64,000 nucleotides of DNA from Candidatus Fervidifonticultor secundus (lineage in GTDB: Bacteria > Sysuimicrobiota > Sysuimicrobiia > Sysuimicrobiales > Humicultoraceae): contig JAVKIP010000016.1 of the NCBI GenBank assembly GCA_031459385.1, positions 11,286 to 75,285 on the forward strand. Direction: 5' to 3'. Position numbers and translations under genes: made by a program. Positions 41,517 through 51,031 of the stretch are shown piece after piece. A model generated the notes under the pieces. That model was not told where the DNA came from, did not search any database, and worked only from the letters and a program-made list of their open reading frames with translations. Positions within the stretch are counted from its first letter, which is position 1. Every line of letters starts with the position of its first letter.

Positions 41517-42286
41517 GCCGCCCGCGCGACTGGTGGCGCGATGTCTTCGACCGCCCCGCCTTCTTCGAACTCTACGAGCGCTCCGACGTCGAACGCGCCG
41601 CCCGGCAGGTGGACCAGGTGCTCCGGCTCCTGGGCGACGGCGAGTCGCTGCAGGCGCCGGCCCACATCCTCGATGTCTGCTGCGGCTACGGCCGGCATGC
41701 CGTGGAGCTGGCCCGCCGCGGCTTCCAGGTCACCGGCGTGGACATCTCGCCGCGGCAGATCGCCCGTGCCAGGCACCGGGCAGCCGAGGCGGGCGTGGCG
41801 GCGCGCTTCGTGGTCGGCGACGCGCGGGCGTTGCCGGTGCGCGGGCCGTGCGACGCCGCGATCAACATGTTCCTGTCGTTCGGCTACTTCGCCACCGACG
41901 AGGAGAGCCAGGCGATGCTCCACGGCATCGCCCGCGCGCTGCGCCCCGGCGGCCGCTTGCTGATCGACTTCTGGAACCGCGAGTACGAGCTGCGCAACTT
42001 CCAGCCCGTGGTGGTCGACCGCCGCGCCGACGGGATCATCGAGATCGAGGACTGGTCGTTCGACGCCCTGGGCGGCCGGCTCAACTGGACCAACACCGTG
42101 ATCTTCCCCGACGGCCGGCGCGAGGCCTGGGCCCACTCGATCCGGGCGTTCACGGTCGCCGAGATCCGGCGGATGCTGGAGGCGGCCGGGTTCGGCCGGG
42201 TCGCCGTCTACGGGAGCCTGGACGGCGCCCCGTACACCATGGACGCAGAAGCGGCGGTATTCGTCGCGACGCGGTCACGCGCGTGA
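41513..42286 (+). CDS. Class I SAM-dependent methyltransferase
   Basis: ILDVCCGYGRH, VTGVDIS, GDAR, SFGYF, LRPGG. Confidence 0.9.
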   Translation: MSRPRDWWRDVFDRPAFFELYERSDVERAARQVDQVLRLLGDGESLQAPAHILDVCCGYGRHAVELARRGFQVTGVDISPRQIARARHRAAEAGVAARFVVGDARALPVRGPCDAAINMFLSFGYFATDEESQAMLHGIARALRPGGRLLIDFWNREYELRNFQPVVVDRRADGIIEIEDWSFDALGGRLNWTNTVIFPDGRREAWAHSIRAFTVAEIRRMLEAAGFGRVAVYGSLDGAPYTMDAEAAVFVATRSRA

Positions 42287-42343
42287 ATCGTCGGATGCCC
42301 GGGCCGCGCCGGCCATGCTGGTGCGCCGGGCCCCGGCGCTTCG

Positions 42344-42372
42344 TTGACACTGCCATCGGGCGTCTCTACAAT
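42344..42372 (+). promoter_or_regulatory. Sigma70 promoter of the met leader
   Basis: TTGACA-N17-TACAAT. Confidence 0.85.
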
Positions 42373-42389
42373 GAGGCCAGTTCGAAACC

Positions 42390-42661
42390 GACAGGGCGAT
42401 GACGGAGCGGGAGTAGGCGGCAGGGCCGGTCGGAGCGAGCCGGGGCGGGTGCGAGCCGGTGACAGGACGCCGCCGAACATGGCTTCCGAGCGTTCAGGCG
42501 AACGCAGCGCGCGACCGCCAGTAGCCTGAACGGGGTGCCCCCGAGAGCGGGCAGGGGTGGTCGCACGCCACCCCCCGAGGTGTCGGCCGCGAGGTCGGCG
42601 CGAATCCTGGTGGTGCCACGGAACCCTTCCGTCCAGCGTGGGCGGGAGGGTGTTCGTTTCT
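42390..42661 (+). ncRNA. T-box riboswitch, Met (AUG) specifier
   Basis: Stem I features (GCGATGA, AGTA, AGCGA, GGTGCGA, GAAC-ATG at 42479-42481), T-box AATCCTGGTGGTGCCACG at about 42603-42620, antiterminator closing CGTCCAG; upstream of Met genes. Confidence 0.85.
42623..42661 (+). terminator. T-box terminator hairpin
   Basis: ACCCTTCCGTCCA (42623-42635) pairs with TGGGCGGGAGGGT (42639-42651), followed by a weak U-tract GTTCGTTTCT. Confidence 0.6.
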
Positions 42662-42676
42662 GACGGGGAGGACGGC

Positions 42677-43633
42677 ATGCCGGCAGCACATCTCGTGGGA
42701 ATCTTCCCGCGCTCGGAGCGCGTGGTCGAGCTGAGCCGCGCCGTGGACCGCGGCCGCGCCACGCCCGACGAGCTGGCCACGGCCGTCGCCGAGGACGAGC
42801 GGGCGGTCATCGCCCTGCAACAGGAGGCCGGGCTCGACTACGTGCTGGACGGCCTGCTGCGGTGGCAGGACCTGCTGCGGCCGATTGCCAGCCATACCCC
42901 GGGCATGTTCCCGGGCGGCATCGTGCGGTGGTTCGACAACAACACGTTCTACCGGCGGCCGGTGATCACGGGCCCCCTGGAGCCGACCGGACGCGCGGTG
43001 CTGGCGGTGGTCAACCTGCCGGCGCTGGCCGGCCTCCGGTGGAAGGCGGTGCTGCCATCGCCGTTCGCGCTGGCAGCCCTGGCCGACAACCAGTCGGGCC
43101 GGACCTTCGACCAGGTACTGGCCGACTGCAGCGCCGTCGTGCGGGCCGAAGCGCAGGCGCTGGTCGCGGCCGGCTGCGCCTACGTGCAGTTCAGCGACCC
43201 CGCGCTGGTGACCCGCGCGGCGCCTGAGGACGTGGGCCGCGCGCGCGCCGCGCTGGAGCGCGCGGTAGACGGGCTCGGGGTGCGCACGGCGCTGCATACC
43301 TTCTTCGGCAACGCAGCGGCCTGGCTGGACGATCTCGTGCGGTTCCCGGTGGACGAGATCGGCGTGGACCTGTACGCGTGGGAGGCCGACGGCGTGCGGC
43401 CCGCCGCGCGCGGCAAGACCGTGCTGGCCGGGGCGCTGGACGGGCGCAACTCGCTGCTGGAGGACGTCGCCCTGCTGGTAGATCAGGCCGTGCAGTTGTG
43501 GCGCGACCTGGGCGCGGACGACGTGGCCCTGGTACCCAACTGCGACCTGGAGTTCCTGCCCTGGGACGTGGCGGTGGCAAAGACGCGCCGCCTGGGCGAG
43601 GCCGCGGCGGCCCTGCGGGCGCAGGGGAGGTGA
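42677..43633 (+). CDS. Split MetE N-terminal-like subunit (non-catalytic barrel)
   Basis: GIFPRS, QQEAGLDYVLDGLLRWQD, RWFDNNTFYRRP, HTFFG, LDGRNS, PNCDLEFLP; lacks the HxC zinc motif. Confidence 0.8.
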   Translation: MPAAHLVGIFPRSERVVELSRAVDRGRATPDELATAVAEDERAVIALQQEAGLDYVLDGLLRWQDLLRPIASHTPGMFPGGIVRWFDNNTFYRRPVITGPLEPTGRAVLAVVNLPALAGLRWKAVLPSPFALAALADNQSGRTFDQVLADCSAVVRAEAQALVAAGCAYVQFSDPALVTRAAPEDVGRARAALERAVDGLGVRTALHTFFGNAAAWLDDLVRFPVDEIGVDLYAWEADGVRPAARGKTVLAGALDGRNSLLEDVALLVDQAVQLWRDLGADDVALVPNCDLEFLPWDVAVAKTRRLGEAAAALRAQGR

Positions 43634-43638
43634 GCGAC

Positions 43639-44751
43639 GTGGCGACCAAGCTGTTCCCGACGCAGGAGATCGGCAGCCTGGCCAAGCCGGGCTGGCTGGT
43701 CCGGGCGACCCGCGGGCAGCCCGCGACCGACGCCGACCTGGCGGAGATCGACCGGTGGGCGCCGGTGCTGGGCATCGAGGGGGTCGACGACCTGAAGGCG
43801 CTGCTGCGCGCGCCGTCGCCCGACCGCGAGCGGGTGCGCGACTGGGCGGCGCTGTTCGCGATCCGGTTCCTGGAGGCTGCCGGGCTCGACGTGGTCTACG
43901 ACGGCGAGGCCCGCCGCGTCGAGATGTACGAGTACGCGGCCCGGCGCATTCACGGCTTCCGCTTCTACGGGCACGTGCGGTCGTTCGACAACAAGTACTA
44001 CCGGAAGGCCGCGGTGGTGGACCGCGTGCGCCTGACCGAGCCCTTCCATGTGGACGAGCTGCGGTTCGTGAAGTCGGTGGCGCGCCGGCCCGTGAAGGTT
44101 CCGGTGACTGGCCCGTACACCCTGGCCGACTGGTCGTTCAACGAGTACTACCTGCGGGCGCACGACGGCGGGGCGCGGGACCTGAAGCGCCGCACCTGGG
44201 AGGCCAAGCGAGCGTTCACGCTGGATCTGGCGCGGGAGGTGCTGAACCCTACGCTGCGGGCGCTGGCCGCGGCGGGCGCCGACTGGATTCAGGTCGACGA
44301 GCCGGCGGCCACCACGCATGCCGACGAGGTGCCGATCCTGGTCGAGGCGTTCAACGACGCGGTGCGCGACGTGCCGGCCAAGATCAGCATCCACATCTGC
44401 TACAGCGACTACCGGCTGCTCTACCCGCACATCCTCACGATGCGGGTGGACCACCTGGCCCTGGAGTTCAAGAACACCGGCGACTACAACATCGTCTCGA
44501 TCTTCAGGGACTACGGGGACACGCGGGAGCTGGGCCTGGGCGTGCTCGACGTGCACTCCGACCTGATCGAGACGCCCGAGGAGATCCGGGACAAGCTGCT
44601 GGACGCCGCCCGGGTGCTGGGCCCGGAGCGGATCTGGGCCAACCCCGACTGCGGACTGCGCACGCGAACGTGGGACGTGGCGTTCGCCAAGCTCCGCAAC
44701 CTGGTGGAGGGCGCGCGGCTGGCCCGCGAAGCGGTGGGCGCGGCCCGCTGA
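43639..44751 (+). CDS. metE: Cobalamin-independent methionine synthase, catalytic (core) subunit
   Basis: TQEIGSL.KP, DGE.RR, TGPYTL, QVDEP, zinc ligands HIC / E / NPDCGL. Confidence 0.88.
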   Translation: MATKLFPTQEIGSLAKPGWLVRATRGQPATDADLAEIDRWAPVLGIEGVDDLKALLRAPSPDRERVRDWAALFAIRFLEAAGLDVVYDGEARRVEMYEYAARRIHGFRFYGHVRSFDNKYYRKAAVVDRVRLTEPFHVDELRFVKSVARRPVKVPVTGPYTLADWSFNEYYLRAHDGGARDLKRRTWEAKRAFTLDLAREVLNPTLRALAAAGADWIQVDEPAATTHADEVPILVEAFNDAVRDVPAKISIHICYSDYRLLYPHILTMRVDHLALEFKNTGDYNIVSIFRDYGDTRELGLGVLDVHSDLIETPEEIRDKLLDAARVLGPERIWANPDCGLRTRTWDVAFAKLRNLVEGARLAREAVGAAR

Positions 44752-44788
44752 CGGCGCCCCGCGCCGGGGCGGGGGAGGAGGAGCGGCC

Positions 44789-46828
44789 ATGGAGCGGTTC
44801 TTCATCACCACGGCCATCGACTACGTCAACGCCAGCCCGCACATCGGGCACGCCTACGAGAAGATCGTGGCCGATGCGCTGGCGCGTTACCACCGGCTGT
44901 TCGGACACGCGGTGTTCTTCCTGACCGGTACCGACGAGCACGGGCAGAAGAACGTCACCTCGGCCCGGGCCGCAGGCCGGGACGTCCGCGAGTTCGTGGA
45001 CGCCAACGCTGCCCGGTTCCGGGAGCTGATCGACCTGCTGCACCTCTCCGTCGACGACTTCATCCGGACCACCGAGGCCCGCCATGCGGCCGGCGTCCGC
45101 GCGATCTGGACCCGCGTGGCGGCCGCCGGCGACTTCTATAGGAAGAATTACCGCGCCCTCTACTGCGTGGGGCACGAGGCGTTCGTCACTCTGAGCGACC
45201 TGGTCGACGGCCGGTGCCCCGACCACGGCACCGAGCCGGTGGTCATCGAGGAAGAGAACTATTTCTTCCGCCTCTCGAAGTACCGGCCGCACCTGCGCCG
45301 GCTCTTCGAGAGCCGTCCGGACTTCGTCCTCCCGGCCACCCGCCACGCCGAGATGCTGAACCTGATCGATACCCTCGAGGACATCTCGGTCTCGCGGCCG
45401 GTGGAGAAGCTGGCGTGGGGGATCCCGGTGCCCGGCGACCCCTCCCATGTCATCTACGTCTGGTTCGACGCGCTGACCAACTACATCTCGGCGATCGGCT
45501 TCGGCAGCGACGAGGCGCGCTTCCGGCAGTGGTGGCCGGCCCATCACCTCATCGGGAAGGACATCAACCGGTTCCACTCGCTGCTGTGGCCGGCCATGCT
45601 CCTCTCGGCTGGCCTGGAGCCGCCGCGCCAGGTGCTGGTGCACGGCTTCCTCACGGTCGAGGGGCAGAAGATGAGCAAGACGCTGGGCAACGTCGTCGAC
45701 CCGGGTGAGGCGGTCCGCGCGCTGGCCGCGCGCGCCGGCACAGAGGCGGCCGTGGCGGTGGACGCGCTGCGCTACTTCCTGCTCCGCGAGATCCCGTTCG
45801 GCGAGGACGGTGACTTCAACCGGGCCGGCCTGGTCCAGCGCTTCAACGCCGACCTGGCCAACGACTACGGCAACCTGTTGCACCGGACGTTGTCGCTGGT
45901 GGCGCGCGACTTCCAGGGCCGCGTGCCCGCCCCGGGCGCGGAGGAGGGCGGGGACCGCGCGCTGCGGACGCTGGCGCGTGCTGTGGCGGAGGCGCTGCCC
46001 GAGCACGTGGCGCGCGTGAACCTCTCGCAGGCGCTGGCCGAGGTCTGGCGGCTGCTGGGGGCGGCCAACAAGTACCTCGACGACGAGGCGCCGTGGAGCG
46101 TGCGCGCGCAGGGACGGCCGGAGCGCGCGGGGGCGATCCTCTACAACACGCTGGAGGCGGTGCGCATCGCGACGATCCTGCTGCACCCGGTCCTGCCGGT
46201 GGCCACGCAGCGGATCTGGCGCCAGCTGGGGGTGGCAGCGCCGCTGGAGGGGCAGCGGCTGGACGACACCCGGCGGTGGGGGGGCCTGGAAGCGGGCCAG
46301 CCGGTGGCGCCCGGCGCCCCGGTGTTCCCACGGATCGACGTACGGCGGCCCACAGCCGCGGCGGTGCCCTCCCCGGCGGGAGCACCCGTGGCGGGGCCGT
46401 CCGCGGCGGTGCCAGCCGCAGGGGGGCGCAGCCCGGATCGCGCCGGGGCGCTGGTGCCCACACGGCGCGCCGTGGCCACAGGCGAAGGGGGGAGCGGGGT
46501 GACCGAGATCAGCATCGAGGAGTTTCGCCGCATCGACCTGCGCGTGGCCGAGGTCACCGCCGCCGAGCGGGTGCCCGGCACCGACAAACTTCTGCGGCTC
46601 GTGGTCGACCTGGGCGACGAGGTGCGCACGGTGGTGGCCGGCATCGCCGCCCAGTACACGCCCGCCGACCTGGTCGGCCGGAAGATCGTCGTCGTCGCCA
46701 ACCTCCAGCCGCGCCGCGTGCGCGGCGTCGAGTCGCGCGGGATGCTGCTGGCGGCCACCTGGGGCGACGACGAGGTGGCGATCCTCGGCGTGGATGCCCG
46801 GGCGCCCAAAGGGGCGCGGGTGACCTGA
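44789..46828 (+). CDS. metG: Methionine--tRNA ligase with C-terminal tRNA-binding domain
   Basis: HIGH, GTDEHGQK, YVWFDAL, KMSKT, C-terminal DLRVA...GVESRGML. Confidence 0.97.
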   Translation: MERFFITTAIDYVNASPHIGHAYEKIVADALARYHRLFGHAVFFLTGTDEHGQKNVTSARAAGRDVREFVDANAARFRELIDLLHLSVDDFIRTTEARHAAGVRAIWTRVAAAGDFYRKNYRALYCVGHEAFVTLSDLVDGRCPDHGTEPVVIEEENYFFRLSKYRPHLRRLFESRPDFVLPATRHAEMLNLIDTLEDISVSRPVEKLAWGIPVPGDPSHVIYVWFDALTNYISAIGFGSDEARFRQWWPAHHLIGKDINRFHSLLWPAMLLSAGLEPPRQVLVHGFLTVEGQKMSKTLGNVVDPGEAVRALAARAGTEAAVAVDALRYFLLREIPFGEDGDFNRAGLVQRFNADLANDYGNLLHRTLSLVARDFQGRVPAPGAEEGGDRALRTLARAVAEALPEHVARVNLSQALAEVWRLLGAANKYLDDEAPWSVRAQGRPERAGAILYNTLEAVRIATILLHPVLPVATQRIWRQLGVAAPLEGQRLDDTRRWGGLEAGQPVAPGAPVFPRIDVRRPTAAAVPSPAGAPVAGPSAAVPAAGGRSPDRAGALVPTRRAVATGEGGSGVTEISIEEFRRIDLRVAEVTAAERVPGTDKLLRLVVDLGDEVRTVVAGIAAQYTPADLVGRKIVVVANLQPRRVRGVESRGMLLAATWGDDEVAILGVDARAPKGARVT

Positions 46829-46940
46829 CGGGTGGGTGCGGGCTGGCGCTGCAGCGGGCGGATGCAGAGGACCGCGCTGATGCGCGAAGGCCGTGGCGCG
46901 CGAGTTGCGCGGCGTCGCGGGCGTCCGGTACACTGGCACA

Positions 46941-47729
46941 GTGATCCTCGAGCTCGTTGACTCCCACGTGCACCTCGACGACGCCGCGTTCACCACAGAC
47001 CTGGACGCGGTGCTGGCCCGCGCGCGCGGCGCGGGGGTCTGCGGGTTCGTCAGCATCGGGACGTCCGTCGCTTCCAGCCGCCGCGTCGTGGCGCTGGCCG
47101 CGCGCCACGACGACGTCTACGCGGCCGTGGCCATTCACCCCCACGAGGCGGCGGACGCGACGCCCGAGGCGCTGGCCGCGCTGGCCGACCTGGCACAGCA
47201 TCCGCACGTGGTCGCCGTCGGTGAGACCGGCCTCGACTGGTACCGCGACTTCGCGCCGCGGGAGGCGCAGGTGCGCGCCCTGCGTGCGCACCTCGACCTC
47301 GCCCGGCGCGCCGGCCTGCCGGTCATCATCCACTGTCGGGAAGCGTACTCCGACGTGCTGGGTATCCTCGCCGAGCACCCGGTGGGGCGCGTGATCATGC
47401 ACTGCTTCTCGGGACCGCTGGACGTGGCGCGGGTGTGTCTCGACCGCGGCTACTACCTGGGGCTTGGCGGTCCGGTCACGTACCGCAACGCCCGGCGGGC
47501 GCTGGAGGTGGCGCGCTACGTCCCGCCCGACCGCCTCCTCCTGGAGACCGACGCGCCCTATCTCCCGCCCGAGCCCCACCGGGGGCGGCGCAACGAGCCG
47601 GCCTACCTTCCCCTCATCGCGTGGGCGGTGGCCCACGCGCGTGGCGTCGCGCCCGGGACGGTGGCCGAGATCACCACCGCCAACGCCCGCGCGGCCTTCG
47701 GGCTGCCGCGGCCGGCGGTCCGCGACTGA
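46941..47729 (+). CDS. tatD: TatD-family DNase
   Basis: DSHVHL, HPH, GETGLD, IHCREA, HCFSG, ETDAPYL..RGRRNEP. Confidence 0.93.
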   Translation: MILELVDSHVHLDDAAFTTDLDAVLARARGAGVCGFVSIGTSVASSRRVVALAARHDDVYAAVAIHPHEAADATPEALAALADLAQHPHVVAVGETGLDWYRDFAPREAQVRALRAHLDLARRAGLPVIIHCREAYSDVLGILAEHPVGRVIMHCFSGPLDVARVCLDRGYYLGLGGPVTYRNARRALEVARYVPPDRLLLETDAPYLPPEPHRGRRNEPAYLPLIAWAVAHARGVAPGTVAEITTANARAAFGLPRPAVRD

Positions 47730-47740
47730 GCGGCGTCCAC

Positions 47741-48826
47741 GTGCGTCGCAGCGTCTTCTGCCTGCTGAGCGTCGCCCTGGTGCTGGTGGCCGCGCGGCCC
47801 GACGGCGCGCGCGCTGCGGCGTCGGACGACTACGAGATCCGCATCGGCCGCCAGGGCGCCGCCACCCTGGAGGCGCGGTTTGCGGTGGTCGCAGACCAGG
47901 CGGTCCAGGACCGGTTGAACCGGATCGGCCGCGCCATCACCCCGCACACCGAGCGCCCGCGCCTGCCCTACACGTTCAAAGCCGTCCAGGTGGCGCAAGT
48001 CAACGCCCTGGCGCTGCCCGGCGGCTTCGTCTATGTCACGACGGGGCTGCTGGAGTTCGTGCGCACGGACCACGAACTCGCGGCAGTTATCGCCCATGAG
48101 GTCGCCCACGCGGCGCGAGGCCACGGGCTCGAGATGATGCGCCGGGCCAACCGCGCGGCCTTCGTCACCATTCTCATCGCGGTGTTCACCGGCGATCCGG
48201 CGCTGGGCGCCGGCGCTCAGGTGGTCGCGACCGGCCTGCTGGCAGGCTACACCCGCGACCTGGAGCGCGACGCCGACCTGGCCTCGATCGCTTACCTGAC
48301 CAGGACGCCGTACACGCCCGCGGGAGTGCTCACGGTGATGGAGCGGCTCCGCCGGCTCGAGCAGCTCAGCCCCCGGCCCGACCCGGGCGCGTTCGCCGAC
48401 CATCCGACCGTCGAGGAGCGGATCCGGTACGTCGAGGCGGAACTGCGCGCGCGCCGGATTCCGATCAACCGGCGGCTGGCCGCGAACTACCTGGCCCTGA
48501 CCGTGAAGGAAACGACCGAGGGCGGCGTGACCTACGCCGAGCTGTCCGTCAACAATCGGCCGATCGTGCGGCTGCCGGACGTGGCCCGAATCCGCGAGGC
48601 CGCCGACCTCCTGGACCGCCTCTTCGATCAGGACCTGGAGCCGTACGAAGTCCTGCTGCGCGAGTCCCAGGGGGGCTGGGCGATCCTCGCCCGCGGCTGG
48701 CCGGTGCTGCGCTTCACGGCCGCCGATGCCCCGGGCGGCTCCGTCCGGGAACTGGCCGCGGCGGTGCACTTCCGCCTGCGGGCCGCGATCGAGGACGACA
48801 TTCGCCGCCGCAAGCTTCAGGGCTGA
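47741..48826 (+). CDS. Exported M48-family zinc metallopeptidase
   Basis: Signal peptide, VNALALPGG, HEVAH, ERDAD, HP...ERI. Confidence 0.88.
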   Translation: MRRSVFCLLSVALVLVAARPDGARAAASDDYEIRIGRQGAATLEARFAVVADQAVQDRLNRIGRAITPHTERPRLPYTFKAVQVAQVNALALPGGFVYVTTGLLEFVRTDHELAAVIAHEVAHAARGHGLEMMRRANRAAFVTILIAVFTGDPALGAGAQVVATGLLAGYTRDLERDADLASIAYLTRTPYTPAGVLTVMERLRRLEQLSPRPDPGAFADHPTVEERIRYVEAELRARRIPINRRLAANYLALTVKETTEGGVTYAELSVNNRPIVRLPDVARIREAADLLDRLFDQDLEPYEVLLRESQGGWAILARGWPVLRFTAADAPGGSVRELAAAVHFRLRAAIEDDIRRRKLQG

Positions 48827-48843
48827 ACGGAACGCTCTCATCG

Positions 48844-48889
48844 TTGACACCGCCTGCCCGGGCGTGTAACTTACTAAACGTTCAGCAAG
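48844..48889 (+). promoter_or_regulatory. Promoter plus probable TetR operator
   Basis: TTGACA-N17-TAACTT; imperfect palindrome CTTACTAAAC|GTTCAGCAAG (48870-48889) overlapping -10/+1. Confidence 0.7.
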
Positions 48890-48936
48890 CAACATGCGGC
48901 CCGCAAGCACGCGGCGGACCGCGAGAGGCCCACACG

Positions 48937-49590
48937 ATGCCCGCGACGCCACCCCACGTACGCCCCGTGCGCCGCCGGCGGAATCCAGCCGCCACGCGCG
49001 AGGCCATCCTCGACGCGGCCGAGCGGCTGTTCGCGGCGAAGGGCTACGAAGGAACCAGCCTGGGCGAGATCGGCCGCGCCGCCAGAGTCTCGCGCGGCAC
49101 GCCCGGCTACTTCTACGGCTCCAAGGAGCGGCTCTACCGCGCGGTGCTGGAGCGCGCGCTCACAGCGGCGCGGGAGGTCCTGACGCAGGCGCGGGCCAGG
49201 GCGGCCACGGCAGGCGGCGCCCCCGAGGCCCTGCTGCGCGAGGCGATCGGCAGCTATCTCGCGTTCCTGGCAGCCCGCCCGACGTTCGTGCGCCTCATCG
49301 AGTGGGAAACGCTCTCGGGCGCGCGATTCCTGGGCGCCTCTCCGGCGCACATCGGCGGCCTGCGGGAGGCCCTGGCAGTGACGCAGGAAGAGCTGGCGCG
49401 CGGTGCCCTGCGCTCCGTGGACCCCGCGCACCTGCTGCTGAGCGTCATGGGCCTGTGCTGGTTCCCGTTCGCCCACGCAGACTCCCTGACCCGCTCCCTG
49501 AAGCTGGATCCGCGCACGCCGGCGTTCCTGGCGGCCCGGCGGGCGCACATCGTCGACCTGCTCCTGTACGGGCTGCTGCCGCGCAGCTGA
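48937..49590 (+). CDS. TetR/AcrR-family regulator
   Basis: REAILDAAERLFAAKGYEGTS..EI...A.VS.G...YFYGSKERL. Confidence 0.92.
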   Translation: MPATPPHVRPVRRRRNPAATREAILDAAERLFAAKGYEGTSLGEIGRAARVSRGTPGYFYGSKERLYRAVLERALTAAREVLTQARARAATAGGAPEALLREAIGSYLAFLAARPTFVRLIEWETLSGARFLGASPAHIGGLREALAVTQEELARGALRSVDPAHLLLSVMGLCWFPFAHADSLTRSLKLDPRTPAFLAARRAHIVDLLLYGLLPRS

Positions 49591-49672
49591 GGCATGGTGG
49601 CGTGGGGGTCAGGTCCGTCGGTGGCGGGGTGATGCGGTGCCGGCGCATGCGGTGAGGAGGAGGCACGGGTCA

Positions 49673-51010
49673 ATGCGTCGCTGGTGGATCGTGGTGCTGC
49701 TCGTGGGGGTCGTCGCCGGGGTGTTCGGGCTGCGCGGCCGCCGGCCGGCGGTAGCCCCCGTGGTCGCCGAGCCGGCCGCGGTGCCGGTGGAGGTCTCCGC
49801 CGTGGCGGTCGGCCCGGTGGCCCGCACCGTGGAGATCACGGGCACGGTCACCTCCGCGCGGCTGGCCGAGCTCTTCCCGAAGATCAGCGGCCGCGTGGCC
49901 CACGTGTACGTGCAGGATGGCGCGCAGGTGGCGGCCGGGGCGCCGGTGGTCGCGCTGGAGGCCGCGGACCAGCGCGCCGAGGTGGCGCAGGCCGAGGCAG
50001 CCGTGGCAGCTGCACAGGCCCGGCTGGCCGCGCTGCAAGCCGGCCCGCGGCCGCAGGAGAAGCGGGTCGTCCTCAATGCCGTGGCCCAGGCGGAAGACCA
50101 GGTCAGGCTGGCCGAGACCCAGCTAGCCGTGGCTCAGGCGGCGCAGCGCCTGGCCGAGGACACCCTGCGGCGCCAGGAGCAGCTCTACCGCGACGGCGCC
50201 GTGGCCCAGGTGCAGGTGGACCAGGCCCGGCTCCAGGCCGACGAAGCGCGGGCACGGGTGCGGGCCGCGCAGATGCAGCTGGAGATCGCCCGGACGGCGC
50301 TGGACTCCGCGCGCCAGCAGTGGTCGATGGCCGAGACGGGCGCGCGCGAGGAGGAGATCCGCGCAGCCCGCGCCCAGGTGGCGCAGGCGCAGGCCGCGCT
50401 GGCCTTCGCCCGGCAGCGCCTGGCCAGCATGGTGATCCGCGCCCCGTTCGCCGGCCGCGTCTCCCACGTGACCGCCAGCGTCGGCGACTATCTGGTCGCG
50501 GGCGACTTCGCAGGGCGCGGGGGCTTCGTGGCCATCGTCTACGACGACCGGGAGATGGAGGTGGAGGTGCAAGTCGGCGAGCGCGACCTCCCGCTGCTGG
50601 CACCGGGCCAGCCGGCATCGCTGCGCCTGGAGACCGCGGCGGCGGCGCCGGTGCCGGCCGTGGTGCGGGTGATCTCGCCGGCCGCGAATGCTGCGACGCG
50701 CACGGCGACCGTGCGCCTGCGGCTGCAGGCGGCCGTGGACGCGCGGCCCGGGACCTTCGCCCGCGGCGTGATCGTCGTCGAGCGCCGCGAGCGGGCCCTG
50801 CTGGTGCCCAGGGCTGCCGTGGTGGGCGACGGGCGGCCGGTGGTGCGCGTGGTCGCGGGCGACGTGGTTCAGGTGCGCCCAGTGGTCCTGGGCGTCGCGC
50901 AGGGCGACCGCGTCGAGATCCGGGAAGGGGTCGCCGCCGGCGAGCAGGTCGTCGTGCTCGGCCCGGAGGCGTTGCCCGCGGGCACGCGCGTCCGCGTGGT
51001 GCGCCGGTAG
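49673..51010 (+). CDS. RND efflux membrane fusion protein
   Basis: N-terminal TM, lipoyl-like halves (ISGRVAHV..DG; IRAPFAGRV), long coiled coil. Confidence 0.9.
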   Translation: MRRWWIVVLLVGVVAGVFGLRGRRPAVAPVVAEPAAVPVEVSAVAVGPVARTVEITGTVTSARLAELFPKISGRVAHVYVQDGAQVAAGAPVVALEAADQRAEVAQAEAAVAAAQARLAALQAGPRPQEKRVVLNAVAQAEDQVRLAETQLAVAQAAQRLAEDTLRRQEQLYRDGAVAQVQVDQARLQADEARARVRAAQMQLEIARTALDSARQQWSMAETGAREEEIRAARAQVAQAQAALAFARQRLASMVIRAPFAGRVSHVTASVGDYLVAGDFAGRGGFVAIVYDDREMEVEVQVGERDLPLLAPGQPASLRLETAAAAPVPAVVRVISPAANAATRTATVRLRLQAAVDARPGTFARGVIVVERRERALLVPRAAVVGDGRPVVRVVAGDVVQVRPVVLGVAQGDRVEIREGVAAGEQVVVLGPEALPAGTRVRVVRR

Positions 51011-51031
51011 CCGGGTGAGGTGACGCGGGCC

